From an uncultured Acidobacteriota bacterium (GTDB lineage: Bacteria > Acidobacteriota > Thermoanaerobaculia > UBA5066 > DATFVB01), in the NCBI GenBank assembly GCA_963813155.1, contig CAWEYG010000002.1, positions 32,001 to 96,000 on the forward strand: a stretch of 64,000 nt of DNA, given 5' to 3'. The translations under genes were made by a program, and so were the position numbers. Every line of letters starts with the position of its first letter. Position 1 is the stretch's first letter. This document shows, in pieces, positions 42,658-52,460 of this stretch. The notes beneath the pieces are model-generated. The model saw nothing but the letters and a program-made list of their open reading frames with translations, was not told the DNA's origin and did not search any database.

Positions 42658-43758
42658 GTGTCTTCAGCAGCCGGCAGCCCGGACGAACCGCAGATCGAGG
42701 AACAGCGGCCCGAGGAGACCCCTCCCGAGGCCATTCGCCATCGGGAGGACGTCCGCGAGGCTCTGCGCCAGGCGGGAACGGAGGAGCCCTCCGCCTCCCG
42801 GCTGACGCGGCGAGACCGGTTCTTTTTTGCCGGCCTCACCCTCGCGGCGCTTCTCTTCGGGGCAATCTATCTGCTCGGCGACAACGACATCGGAGGTTTC
42901 GAGAAGCTTGACGAGCCGCTCGCTCTCCACATCTTGCTCGCGGGCCTCCTCATTTCGGGCGTGCTCATCGCCGATCGCCTCGTCGACGCTCTCATCGTCT
43001 CAAAAATCGAGAATCGCGCGTCGCAGTACAACGTTCGCCGGGTCCGGCGTCTTGTGACCGCCCTCGCGGTCGTGGCGCTCGTCGTGACATCGTTTTTCGC
43101 GAACTGGCGGGCGACGCTCGCCTCCCTCGGAATCCTTTCGATCGTGTTCGGGCTCGCCCTGCAGGCCCCCCTGAGCAGCTTCTTCGGCTGGATCTACATC
43201 CTCGTCAAACGCCCCTACCGCGTCGGCGACCGGATCGAGATCAACGATGCGACGGGCGACGTCATCGACGTGGGATACCTCGACACGACGCTATGGGAGT
43301 TCGGAGGAAAGTACATCTCGGGCGACCACCCGAGCGGGCGCGTCATCAAGTTTCCCAACTCGCGCGTGTTCAGCAACGAGGTCTACAACTACTCCTGGCC
43401 CCTGTTCCCGTACATCTGGAACGAAATTCGCTTCCCCGTCGGCTACGACGCCGACTTCCCGTTCGTCTCCCGCGTCCTTCAGGAGGAAACGGCGCGCGAG
43501 GTCGGTCGGAACATGAAGAGCCGCGTCGAGGTCTTCCGCGAGCTGTTGTCGAGAACCCCGGTCGACCGGCTTCCCGTGCAGGAGGAGCCGACCGTCTTTT
43601 TCCGCGTGAACGAGAACTCGTGGATCGACGCGACGGTCCGCTACCTCGTCTCGCCGAGAAACGCGGGCAACGTGAAGAGCGGTCTCATGCGCGCGCTGCT
43701 CGAAAAGATCCAGGAGCATCCCGAGAAGTTCCGTTTTCCGAAGGGGGACTCGCGGTAA
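42658..43758 (+). CDS. Small-conductance mechanosensitive channel family protein
   Basis: GLALQAPLSSFFG, PYRVGDRIEI...GDVIDVG, IKFPNS...NYS. Confidence 0.88.
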   Translation: MSSAAGSPDEPQIEEQRPEETPPEAIRHREDVREALRQAGTEEPSASRLTRRDRFFFAGLTLAALLFGAIYLLGDNDIGGFEKLDEPLALHILLAGLLISGVLIADRLVDALIVSKIENRASQYNVRRVRRLVTALAVVALVVTSFFANWRATLASLGILSIVFGLALQAPLSSFFGWIYILVKRPYRVGDRIEINDATGDVIDVGYLDTTLWEFGGKYISGDHPSGRVIKFPNSRVFSNEVYNYSWPLFPYIWNEIRFPVGYDADFPFVSRVLQEETAREVGRNMKSRVEVFRELLSRTPVDRLPVQEEPTVFFRVNENSWIDATVRYLVSPRNAGNVKSGLMRALLEKIQEHPEKFRFPKGDSR

Positions 43759-43782
43759 TCCCGCGGTCCGGACGCGAAGCCG

Positions 43783-44508
43783 TCAGGCCGTCACGCTCCG
43801 GCGCGACCCTTTCTTCTCGTACAGGTCCTTGTCCGCCCGCGCGAGGATCTCCTCGAGCTTTTCCGTCGACGGGTCGATCGAGACGGTCCCGATGCTGAGC
43901 GAGACGTCGAACGGCTGCCGCGAGCGCGCGTTCCAGAAGTCGAGGTTCTTCTGAAGCCGACCGAGAATGCCGGCGCCGCCGTCCCGGGAGTCGACGAGCG
44001 CGAGCACGGCGAACTCGTCGCCCCCCAATCGCGCGAGGATGTCGGAGCTGCGAAACGTCAGCTGGAGCGCGCGGGCCGCGCCCGCGAGGGCCAGGTCTCC
44101 GGACGCGTGGCCGAATCGGTCGTTGATCCGCTTCAGACCGTCCACGTCCGCGAGGAAGACGATCGCCGGCCGCTCGATCCGGTGGGCCAGGCCCAGGACG
44201 CCGGTCGCATGGGCGACGAAGCCGCGGCGGTTGTAGAGCCCCGTCAGGTCGTCGACCATCGCAAGCGCCGTCAGCGTCCGCTGCGCGCGTCCGCGGGCTG
44301 CGAGCTCCCGGCCGATCGTCGCGCCCGAGAACACGATCAGCGAGAGTCCCAGGGCGCCGCCGGCCGCGAGCCCGGCCGCGAGCCCCGGGTCGATGCCCGA
44401 GAGGCGAATCGAGGCGAATCCGAGCAGCGCCGCGAGCAGGGAGACGCCGGTGATGCCGGCGCTCATCTTTCCAGCCGCCGAGCGGCGGGCCTTCGAACGA
44501 ATCTTCAT
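43783..44508 (-). CDS. Membrane-anchored diguanylate cyclase (GGDEF)
   Basis: Two TM helices; DDLTGLYNRR, NDRFGHASGD, RLGGDEF with RSSD I-site. Confidence 0.9.
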   Translation of the reverse strand: MKIRSKARRSAAGKMSAGITGVSLLAALLGFASIRLSGIDPGLAAGLAAGGALGLSLIVFSGATIGRELAARGRAQRTLTALAMVDDLTGLYNRRGFVAHATGVLGLAHRIERPAIVFLADVDGLKRINDRFGHASGDLALAGAARALQLTFRSSDILARLGGDEFAVLALVDSRDGGAGILGRLQKNLDFWNARSRQPFDVSLSIGTVSIDPSTEKLEEILARADKDLYEKKGSRRSVTA

Positions 44509-44561
44509 GGGGCTGTTTCGGCCGGGATACTAGCAGATTTTTCGGCCGGCGCCGAACGGGG

Positions 44562-45029
44562 TTAGCCCGCGCGCTCAATCCGGAACATGTAGCACCCCTC
44601 CGCCACGTTGCGTGCGTGGAGGTAGGCGGCGCGAGGGTCGCCGAGCAATTCCTCGATCACGGATTCCACGCGGCGGTCGCCGACAGCCTGCGCCGCCAGC
44701 ATGGAATCGCCGGAATCGTACGCGCGGATCACGGCGGATCGCTTCGGAAATTGCGCCGGATATTCGAGCTCGAGCGCGTATCGCGCGCATTCCCGTTCGT
44801 GGACGAAGACCGGCCCGCGCTCGGCGTACGGCTGATCGGAGGAGAACGGGCAGTAAGAAGCGAGCAGGACGGTCTCGCCGGGCTCCGAGAGCGTCAGGCA
44901 ATGCCGGCACTGATGCGGCTCCACGTCCCGGCGGGGGACCACGGACGAGCCGCCGTTCCGGGCGGTAGCCCGCGCGGAATCGGCGAATTCGGACGGGATC
45001 GCGACGAAGCGATATTTCTTCTCATTCAT
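44562..45029 (-). CDS. DUF1203 family protein
   Basis: CRHCL...YAERGPVFVH...C, IRAYD, YLHARN...GCY. Confidence 0.85.
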   Translation of the reverse strand: MNEKKYRFVAIPSEFADSARATARNGGSSVVPRRDVEPHQCRHCLTLSEPGETVLLASYCPFSSDQPYAERGPVFVHERECARYALELEYPAQFPKRSAVIRAYDSGDSMLAAQAVGDRRVESVIEELLGDPRAAYLHARNVAEGCYMFRIERAG

Positions 45030-45090
45030 GGGACGCAGACTACCGGACGCCGGCGACCGCGTCTGGCGGTTTTCGGACGCGGCGTCCCGG

Positions 45091-46200
45091 TCAGCTGACG
45101 AGCGCGAGCGGGGCGTATCTCCCGGGCTCGCTCTCCCGCGTTTCAATCGAAATCCGGTCGCGCCCGAGGCGCTTCGCGGAATAGAGCGCGAGGTCCGCCC
45201 GGGCAAGCGCGGACTCCGCGGTGTCCCCCGGGAGGACGTCGCAGATCCCGAACGTCGCGGTTGCGTGAAACGCGACGCCCCGCGAACCGAGAAACAGGTG
45301 CGAGCCCAGGCGCTTTCGGATCCGTTCGAGCACCGCGACCGCATCGGCGGCCGAGGACCGCGAAAAGAGAATGCAGAATTCGTCTCCGCCGTAGCGCGCG
45401 GCGACGTCGTCGGAGCGCAGCTCGGCGAGCATCAGGCTTCCGAACGCGCGGAGCACTTCGTCGCCGGCCGCGTGGCCGTGCTCGTCGTTGACGGTCTTGA
45501 AGAAGTCCAGATCGGCCATACAGAGACTCAGCGGATCCCCGTGGCGGCGCGCGGACGAGACCGCGGGGCCGAGGCGACCCAGGAAGTGCCGCCGGTTGAA
45601 AAGCCCGGTCCCCTCGTCGCGGCTCGACTCGTGGCGGAGCCGGTCTTCGAGGAGCTTGATCTGCGTGATGTCGGTCTGCGCGCCGGCCATGCGCACCGGC
45701 CGCCCGCTCGCGTCGCGGATCGCGCGGCCGCGGCTCAACATCCAGCGGTAGGAGCCGTCCTTGTGCCGCATCCGGACCTCCATCTCGAACTGAGAAGTCT
45801 CTCCGCGGAAATGCGCGCCTTTCGCCGCCTGGTAGAGCGGAAGGTCGTCCGGATGCCCCATTCCGAGGATCGCTTCGGGAGTGTCTCCGATCTCTCCGGG
45901 CTCGTAGCCGAGCATTTCCTTCCAGCGGTTCGAGACGAAGACGCGGCCGGCGTCGAGATCCCAGTCGAGGATGCCGTCGTTGGACCCGTCCACGGCGAAC
46001 GCGTAGCGTTCCTGGCTGAGGCGAAGCGCGTCTTCGACTTGCTTGCCGCCCGGGTGCAGAGGCGCTGCTTCCAGAGCAGGATGAGAAGGCCGAGAGCGAC
46101 GGCTACCAGTCGGTGCCCGTTCGGCGGGAAGCAGGACGACCGCGAGGCCGATCAGGAGGAGTCCGCCGTCGGCGAATTTCGGCTTCCAGAGTCTCTTCAT
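45091..46200 (-). CDS. PAS/PAC-GGDEF diguanylate cyclase with N-terminal TM helices (compensating frameshifts near 46060-46110)
   Basis: GSNDGILDWD, HPDD, HKDGSYRW PAC; RYGGDEF. Confidence 0.85.
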   Translation of the reverse strand: MKRLWKPKFADGGLLLIGLAVVLLPAERAPTGSRRSRPSHPALEAAPLHPGGKQVEDALRLSQERYAFAVDGSNDGILDWDLDAGRVFVSNRWKEMLGYEPGEIGDTPEAILGMGHPDDLPLYQAAKGAHFRGETSQFEMEVRMRHKDGSYRWMLSRGRAIRDASGRPVRMAGAQTDITQIKLLEDRLRHESSRDEGTGLFNRRHFLGRLGPAVSSARRHGDPLSLCMADLDFFKTVNDEHGHAAGDEVLRAFGSLMLAELRSDDVAARYGGDEFCILFSRSSAADAVAVLERIRKRLGSHLFLGSRGVAFHATATFGICDVLPGDTAESALARADLALYSAKRLGRDRISIETRESEPGRYAPLALVS

Positions 46201-46213
46201 ACCGAGGGGTACT

Positions 46214-46229
46214 TGCATCCGGGCGGCCA
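46214..46229 (-). promoter_or_regulatory. Candidate sigma54 promoter
   Basis: Minus strand TGGCCGCCCGGATGCA (GG-N10-GC) 13 nt before ATG. Confidence 0.4.
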
Positions 46230-46358
46230 GCTTTTCCACCCCTGGATCCGCCTCGATCCCATTGAAAACAAGTGGTCCTGACGATCTCCAGGTGGCCAAA
46301 TTCCGTGGGAATCTCCGCGGGGGAGGCCAATTCTGGAATCCGGAGAATTCCGGCGCCC

Positions 46359-47346
46359 TCATTTTCGGGGTTCGTAGACTCCGACGACGACGATCTCGTA
46401 GGGGAGACTCCGGGTGAGCAAGCCGGGCTGCTCCGGCGACCGCTCGGCCCGGGATGCGACTTCCGAAAGGCTGATTCTTGGCAGGCCGCAAACGTGAAGG
46501 CGGCTTCCGGGCGGGAGGTCTCGCACGATCCTTTCGGGAGGGGAATTCGCGACGAAGGCCATCCGGATCTTCGGCGCCAGGAGATTTCCCTTCAGGTCGA
46601 GGACCGCCGCGTCGACGAATCTTCCGTCGCTGACGACCTGCTGCGGTCCCGGCCCGGTCTCCAGCAGGAACTCCGCGTCGTTGAGCCTCGTGCTCGGCGT
46701 TTCGATCGTCGTCGTCGTCTCTCCCCTCGAAATGCGGCAGGGAATCTTCTCGAGGCCGCGGAAAACGAGGTCGGCGCTCCCCGGGCGATACCCCTTGACG
46801 GGGCGGAGCGATTCGAGAAGGTCGAGCTTTCCCGCGCGGACGACCGGGTGAATCTCGAAGACGTGGTCGGGGTTCGTGCTCTCCGCGGAAGCCGTCTCTC
46901 CGCCCTGAATTTCTTCCGACTCGCCGGGATGCTCGATCCAGAGGCGCCACGCGCCGGCCATGTCGAGCGTCCGGCCCGTTCCGACGACTCCCCGAACGAG
47001 GTCGAAGGCCCCCTTCTCCTTCGCCGAGTTCTGGATCTCCGCGACGAACGTCAGGCCGATCCCGGGCGAAGTGCCGGCGATATGGAAGTCTCCGTCGACG
47101 ATCGCGGGATGCGGCCTCGTGTCCGCCCGGTCCACCGCCATCGGAACCTCGATCGTGACCCTGTTCTTGTAAGCCTCGATGAATATCCGGTCGAGCGTGA
47201 TCGCGACGTCCGCCGAAGAGCCGATCGCGCGCACGCGGATCAGGTCCTGTTTCGCGCCCCGGAAGAGCGCCGCGCAGCCGCCGAGAAGAACGGCGAGGAA
47301 CGGCAGCGCGATCCGCGAGAAACGAGCCGGTCGGGGCGCGCGACAT
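46359..47346 (-). CDS. Hypothetical lipoprotein, possibly OB-fold (apparent frameshift near 47315)
   Basis: Corrected N-terminus contains an LLGGC lipobox; DGDFHI, WIEHP and VFEIHPV motifs. Confidence 0.7.
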
Positions 47347-47354
47347 CGCCGACG

Positions 47355-49334
47355 TCAGGGCGAGGGAACGTACGACAGCGTCGCGCTGAACGACAGCTGC
47401 GTGATGTCGGAGGCCGACGCGTCGGTGCTCTGGAGCGTCCGAATGCGGACTCCGACGCGGTCGCCGGCGTTCACCACGATCGATCCCGTGTTGATGTTCG
47501 TCGCCGCTCGAAACGTCCCGGCCGTGATTGTGTTACTGGGAAAACCGAATCGGACAGAAGTCGTCAACGGGGTCGTCACATAGGACGAGGCGAGATGATC
47601 GATGCCGCTGTTCGGGCTCGACGGAGCGACGAAGACCGTAAAGTCGTACTGCAGGCCCAGGGTGTTGATCGAGGTGATGGAGGCGACGAGCAGATCCGCG
47701 CTGACCTGGAGATTCTGTATCGTCCCGGCGAAGGGAACCGGGAAGGAGAAGCCCGCTGCCTCCGGAGGCATCGTGGATTCCCCGCTCCCGTTGATGATTT
47801 CCACCGTGCTGCTTCCAAAACCCATGAGTATGGGCGCGGCCGAAACGACCGTCGCTCCCGAGAGGATCTGCCCGCTCGAGAAGACGATCACGCCCCCGCC
47901 GGGGCCCGTGGGACCCGTCGGACCCGGGACTCCCGACGGGCCGGTCGCGCCCGCGACTCCCGTGGGTCCCGTCGGTCCCGTCCCGCCGGTGGGTCCGGTC
48001 GGCCCCGTCGCTCCAGTGACGCCGGCCGGGCCAGTCGCACCCGTGGTTCCGGTCGGTCCGGTCAGACCGGTCGGCCCGGTGGGTCCCGTCGGCCCCGTGG
48101 GCCCCGGGGTCCTGTGGGTCCCGTCGCTCCGGTGACGCCCGTGGGTCCTGTCGGCCCGTGCCGCCTTCGAGCGCGATGACGTCCCAATCGGCCGTGTCGG
48201 CGGCGGGGTCGCCGCCGTTGCAACCCGCGACGTTCTTGCAGAAGTAGCTCGAGCCCAGGTACTGGACGGCATCGCGATAGTTGTACGCGACGTTCGTCCA
48301 CGTTCCCTGCCAGTTGATGCCGACGGGCCCCGTGGGTCCCGTCGGCCCCGTCGGCCCCGTCGGCCCGTGACTCCCGGGATACCGGAAATTCCCGGGTTCC
48401 CCTGCGGTCCCGGGTTTCCCCTTGTCACCCGGAGGTCCGTCGGTTTCCCGGTGCGCCTTTCGGACCCGTCGGGCCGGTCGGGCCGGTTGCCCCGAGCGCC
48501 GAGCCCGCTCGCAAAGAGCATCTCGAAACCGGAGGCGTCCTGGCTCTCGTTCGCAATCTGGGCTCCCGCGAAGATCACGCTGCCGGATCGGCTCGCGCCC
48601 GCGGCCCCGATCGTCGAGTCGACGGGAGCGAGCACCGTGCCGACCAGCCGGGCGTTCGTCGTCGAGAGGTTCGGAACGATGTCCGCGACGTTCGTCTGAA
48701 GGTGTTCAAAGCCGCCAAGCGAGTAGATCTTCGAACCGAGCAGGTGTCCGAGATTGTCGAGGACGCTCACCTGGAACGCCGCCGGATTGCCCGTCGTCTC
48801 GACCATCGCAAAGTTGTAGCGGAAATTTTCGTTTCCTCCCTGGTCGACTCCCTGGATCGTGGACGTCTCGCCCGGCGCGAGAGCGAAGATCGACGGAACG
48901 CCGGCGAAGAACAGCCCGGTGCTCTGCGCCCAGGTCCTGTCCCGGGGCAGAGGTTGAAGATTCTCGAGGAAACGAACACGTCCCCGCTGGAAGAGACGAT
49001 GTGGCCGGCGCCGAGCGCGGCCGTGAGGCCGAACCTGCTCAGGATGACGTCTTCGTACATTTTCGTCTCGCCGGGGGCAAGCGTGTCGGAAAAGGACGCG
49101 GGGTTCGGATTCGCCTGCCCGGAGGCGAGGAAGAAGAAACCGAAACTGGCCGGCTGGGTCGACGAAAGGTTCGTGATCCAGACCGTCGTCGAGAATTGCG
49201 CGCCTCGAAGCCCCCGCCACGCGGCCGATCGAAGCCAGGTAGAGGTCGCTCGAGGCAAAACCCGCATCGGCCGCAGGTGACACCGCCAGTGACGCCAGGA
49301 TTGCAATCACACACGACGCGAGGCGACCCTTCAT
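47355..49334 (-). CDS. Secreted collagen-like surface protein with CBM5/12-like module and BclB-type C-terminal domain (multiple apparent frameshifts)
   Basis: Signal peptide; GPT/GAT/GVT triplet repeats at about 47900-48140 and 48320-48490; WQGTW...[10 protein letters not shown]...DW module; VFSSG...GFGSS...[14 protein letters not shown] tail. Confidence 0.78.
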   Translation of the reverse strand: MKGRLASCVIAILASLAVSPAADAGFASSDLYLASIGRVAGASRRAILDDGLDHEPFVDPAGQFRFLLPRLRAGESEPRVLFRHACPRRDENVRRRHPEQVRPHGRARRRPHRLFQRGRVRFLENLQPLPRDRTWAQSTGLFFAGVPSIFALAPGETSTIQGVDQGGNENFRYNFAMVETTGNPAAFQVSVLDNLGHLLGSKIYSLGGFEHLQTNVADIVPNLSTTNARLVGTVLAPVDSTIGAAGASRSGSVIFAGAQIANESQDASGFEMLFASGLGARGNRPDRPDGSERRTGKPTDLRVTRGNPGPQGNPGISGIPGVTGRRGRRGRRDPRGPSASTGRERGRTSRTTIAMPSSTWARATSARTSRVATAATPPPTRPIGTSSRSKAARADRTHGRHRSDGTHRTPGPTGPTGPTGPTGLTGPTGTTGATGPAGVTGATGPTGPTGGTGPTGPTGVAGATGPSGVPGPTGPTGPGGGVIVFSSGQILSGATVVSAAPILMGFGSSTVEIINGSGESTMPPEAAGFSFPVPFAGTIQNLQVSADLLVASITSINTLGLQYDFTVFVAPSSPNSGIDHLASSYVTTPLTTSVRFGFPSNTITAGTFRAATNINTGSIVVNAGDRVGVRIRTLQSTDASASDITQLSFSATLSYVPSP

Positions 49335-49407
49335 TGATATCCCCCTTCCCGAGTATGCCAGATTCGGAGCCTTCGGTTCCCGGAGTCTGAGATATTCTTC
49401 CTCTCCG

Positions 49408-50325
49408 ATGCCCGACCAGATCGCCGTGCGGGGGCTGCGAAAGCAGTTCCCGAAAGTCCTCGCGGTCGCGGGAGTCGACCTGAACGTCTCCGCCGGCGAG
49501 GTCTTCGGCCTGCTCGGCCCGAACGGCGCGGGCAAGACGACGACGCTCGAGATGATCGAGGGGCTCACCGCTCCCGACGCGGGAGAGATCGAGATCTGCG
49601 GATTGCGGTGGCGCGACAACGGCCCGGAGATCCGCTCCCGGATCGGCGTGCAGCTCCAGGCAACGAGCCTGTACAACAAGATCACCCCGAAGGAGGCGCT
49701 CGACCTCTTCGGAAGCTACTACCCGAAGCGGCGTTCCACGGCGGACCTTCTCGAGCTCGTTCAGCTGAAGGACAAGGCCGACTCGTACCACGTCACGCTC
49801 TCCGGCGGACAGGCGCAGCGCCTCGCGCTCGCGCTCGCGCTCGTCAACGATCCCGACGTCGTCTTTCTCGACGAGCCGACCGCGGGCCTCGACCCGCAGG
49901 GCCGCCGGTCGCTGTGGGAGGTCGTTCGCGCGATGAAGGGCGAGGGCCGCACGGTCGTCTTGACGACGCACTACATGGACGAAGCGGAGCAGCTCTGCGA
50001 CCGGCTCGCGATCCTCGACCACGGCACGATTCTCCGTTCCGGCACTCCCGCCGGGCTCATCGAGTCGCTCGGAATTCCGAGCGTCGTCGAGCTCGCGTTC
50101 GAGGGCGCCGCTCCCGATCCGTCGTCGCTCTCGTCGCGCCTTGGGGAACCCGTCGAGGCGCGCGGGGACTTCTGGGAGATCCCGACGCGCGACCCGAAGA
50201 AGCTGCTCCCGCGGCTGCTCACGGCGATCGAGGAAGAGCGGCTCGAATACGACCAGATCCACGTTCGCCGGGCGACCCTCGAAGACGTCTTCCTGCAGCT
50301 GACCGGAAGGAGCCTGCGTGACTGA
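49408..50325 (+). CDS. ABC-2 type exporter ATP-binding protein
   Basis: [36 protein letters not shown]. Confidence 0.92.
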   Translation: MPDQIAVRGLRKQFPKVLAVAGVDLNVSAGEVFGLLGPNGAGKTTTLEMIEGLTAPDAGEIEICGLRWRDNGPEIRSRIGVQLQATSLYNKITPKEALDLFGSYYPKRRSTADLLELVQLKDKADSYHVTLSGGQAQRLALALALVNDPDVVFLDEPTAGLDPQGRRSLWEVVRAMKGEGRTVVLTTHYMDEAEQLCDRLAILDHGTILRSGTPAGLIESLGIPSVVELAFEGAAPDPSSLSSRLGEPVEARGDFWEIPTRDPKKLLPRLLTAIEEERLEYDQIHVRRATLEDVFLQLTGRSLRD

Positions 50326-51410
50326 CGGAAGGAAGCTTCCGAGCCCGTTCCGGCTCCTCGGGCAGCAGTTCCGCGTCGAGTGGCGGCTCTACGCGCGCGA
50401 CCGCGGCGCCATGTTCTGGACGTTTCTCTTTCCGCTGCTCATGCTCTTCGGCATGGGCGCGATTTTTCGCTCGGGCGGCGGCCCCGCCCTGACACTCGTC
50501 CGCGTCGCGCCGGAGCACGAAACGGCGCTCGACCGCGCGTTCGTGAAGACCCTCGAAGAAGCCCGCCTGAGGGTCCTCACGGTTCCTTCCGCTGACGCGG
50601 AGAAGCGGTGGCAAAGAGGGGAAACGACGGCGCAGCTCGAGAGCGTCGCCGGAGGGTACCGGCTTCGGGTCAACAGCTACCTCCTCGCGCAGGGGCAGGT
50701 CGCGGCGCAGGCGGCGAGCCAGGCGTTCCTCGTCGCGCAGGCGCGCGTCAACGGCTCTCCGGAGCCGCAGCGCATTCCGATGGTCGTCGAGAGCCCGGGA
50801 CACGCGCACGCGAACAACTACGCGGCCTTCCTTCTGCCCGGCCTGATCGGGTTGAACCTCTTGACGATGGGCCTCTTCACGGTCGGAATGGTCACCGTCT
50901 CGTACCGCGAGAAGGGAAAGTACCGGCGCCTCGCCGTCACTCCCCTGCCGAAATGGGTATTCCTGATGGGGCAGATCCTCCAGCGCATCACGGTCGTGGC
51001 GGTGCAGACGATCCTGCTGCTCCTCGCGGCGAAGCTCGGGTTCCAGGTCGTCAACGAGGGCTCGTACGCGCTGTTCGCGTTCCTTCTCGTTTTCGGCACG
51101 GCGGCGTTCATCGCGATGGGTTTCGCGCTCTCGAGCTTCGCGTCGACGATCGAGACGTACGGGGCGATCTCGAACCTCGTGTTCTTCCCGCTGATGCTGC
51201 TGTCCGGCGTCTACTTCCGGATCGACGGCGCTCCGAAGTGGATGCAGAAGCGCCGTGTACGTCCTGCCGCTGGCGCCGTTCCTGCGCGCGCTGCGCGCCG
51301 TGTTCAACGACGGCGCGACGCTCGTGGGCCACGGAACGGGGCTCGCGATCCTCGGCGCCTGGGGCGCGGCCTCGTTCCTCCTCGCGGTCCGTCGCTTCCG
51401 CTGGGTCTAG
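50318..51410 (+). CDS. ABC-2 type exporter permease (apparent frameshift near 51250)
   Basis: FWTFLFPL, FLLPGLIG, REKG.YRRL..TP, LSGVYF; corrected end RRFRWV. Confidence 0.88.
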
Positions 51411-51428
51411 TTCACTCGTTGAACGGCG

Positions 51429-52385
51429 CTACTGCGGGTTCTCGCTGATCGAGACGAGGACGAGGCGGCTGCCGCACGAGTTGAAGTGGTAATAGTTCGC
51501 AAACTTCTTTCCCTTCGAGTTCACGCCTTCCGTCCGGACGTACGCGGTCCCCGGGCGGGCCGTGAACTCGCCGGGCGTGGGAGTGCCGGGCTGGAGAAAT
51601 CGATCGGCGTAAACGGCGAGATCGGCGTCGATCCCGTCGAGGCCCCGGATCGCCGCGATCGCCTTCTCGCCGAAACCCTGGGCAGCGAGGACTCCTTTCG
51701 CGTTTTTCGCGAGCGCGGCTTCTCTCACGGCGAGATACGCCGCCGTCACGGGGCCTTCCGAGGGGCGAGGAGCGGTCTCGTCCGACCTGCGGCCGTCGGA
51801 GCGGTTCATCTCGCTCACCTCGCGGACTTCCGGAAGGGCGACGGGAAGGTCGAACTGGAAACTTCCGTCGCTGCGATGGACCGCCGTGCCGACGATCCGG
51901 TTCGGGGGCGAAGGGCGGCGATAGACCCGGAATTCGCGGCCGCCCGGGCTCTTGTCGAACGAGCTCCCGTCGAACGCCGTGCCGTATCCGAAGTATTTCG
52001 ATTTTCCCTTCGCGTCGACGGTGACCTCGGCCCACGAGGCATTTCGGAGAGTCTTCAACGACCGGGCTTCGGTCATCGGGCAGGGAGAATCCGCGAGCAT
52101 CGGGGACGCGATTTGTTTGCTCGACGCGAAGACGACCGTCCCCGCTCCGTCGCCGGCCGTGAAGGCCACGCCGTCGACGAGGTCGAATCGGCCGATGTTG
52201 GTCTCGTGGATGCTTCCCTTGACGGGAGCCGGGTACTTGTACGGGGCGGGCCTCTCCGGGACGGCCGCCCGGGGCGCCGCGGGCTCGGGCCTTCCTCCCG
52301 AGGCGGCAGGCTCTCGCTTGCCGCACCCGGCGGTCCAAATCGCCAACGCGGCAGCGGCGAACGGGAGGAATCGAAATCGCGGCAT
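51429..52385 (-). CDS. Hypothetical lipoprotein
   Basis: LAIWTAGC lipobox followed by a Pro/Ala linker; AGGA RBS. Confidence 0.72.
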   Translation of the reverse strand: MPRFRFLPFAAAALAIWTAGCGKREPAASGGRPEPAAPRAAVPERPAPYKYPAPVKGSIHETNIGRFDLVDGVAFTAGDGAGTVVFASSKQIASPMLADSPCPMTEARSLKTLRNASWAEVTVDAKGKSKYFGYGTAFDGSSFDKSPGGREFRVYRRPSPPNRIVGTAVHRSDGSFQFDLPVALPEVREVSEMNRSDGRRSDETAPRPSEGPVTAAYLAVREAALAKNAKGVLAAQGFGEKAIAAIRGLDGIDADLAVYADRFLQPGTPTPGEFTARPGTAYVRTEGVNSKGKKFANYYHFNSCGSRLVLVSISENPQ

Positions 52386-52460
52386 TCGTTAATTTCCTGT
52401 CCGGAAAATCATATCCGGATACGGGCGCGCTACAATCCTTTTCCCCACAAAGGAGGCCCA

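Noticed and set aside
44532-44549. Sigma54-like CGGCCGAAAAATCTGCT upstream of the GGDEF gene
   Set aside because: Spacing is N11; valid only if the A-run is overcalled by one base, which cannot be verified here
47895-48495. 9-bp tandem repeats as a non-coding VNTR
   Set aside because: They encode Gly-X-Thr collagen triplets within a CDS
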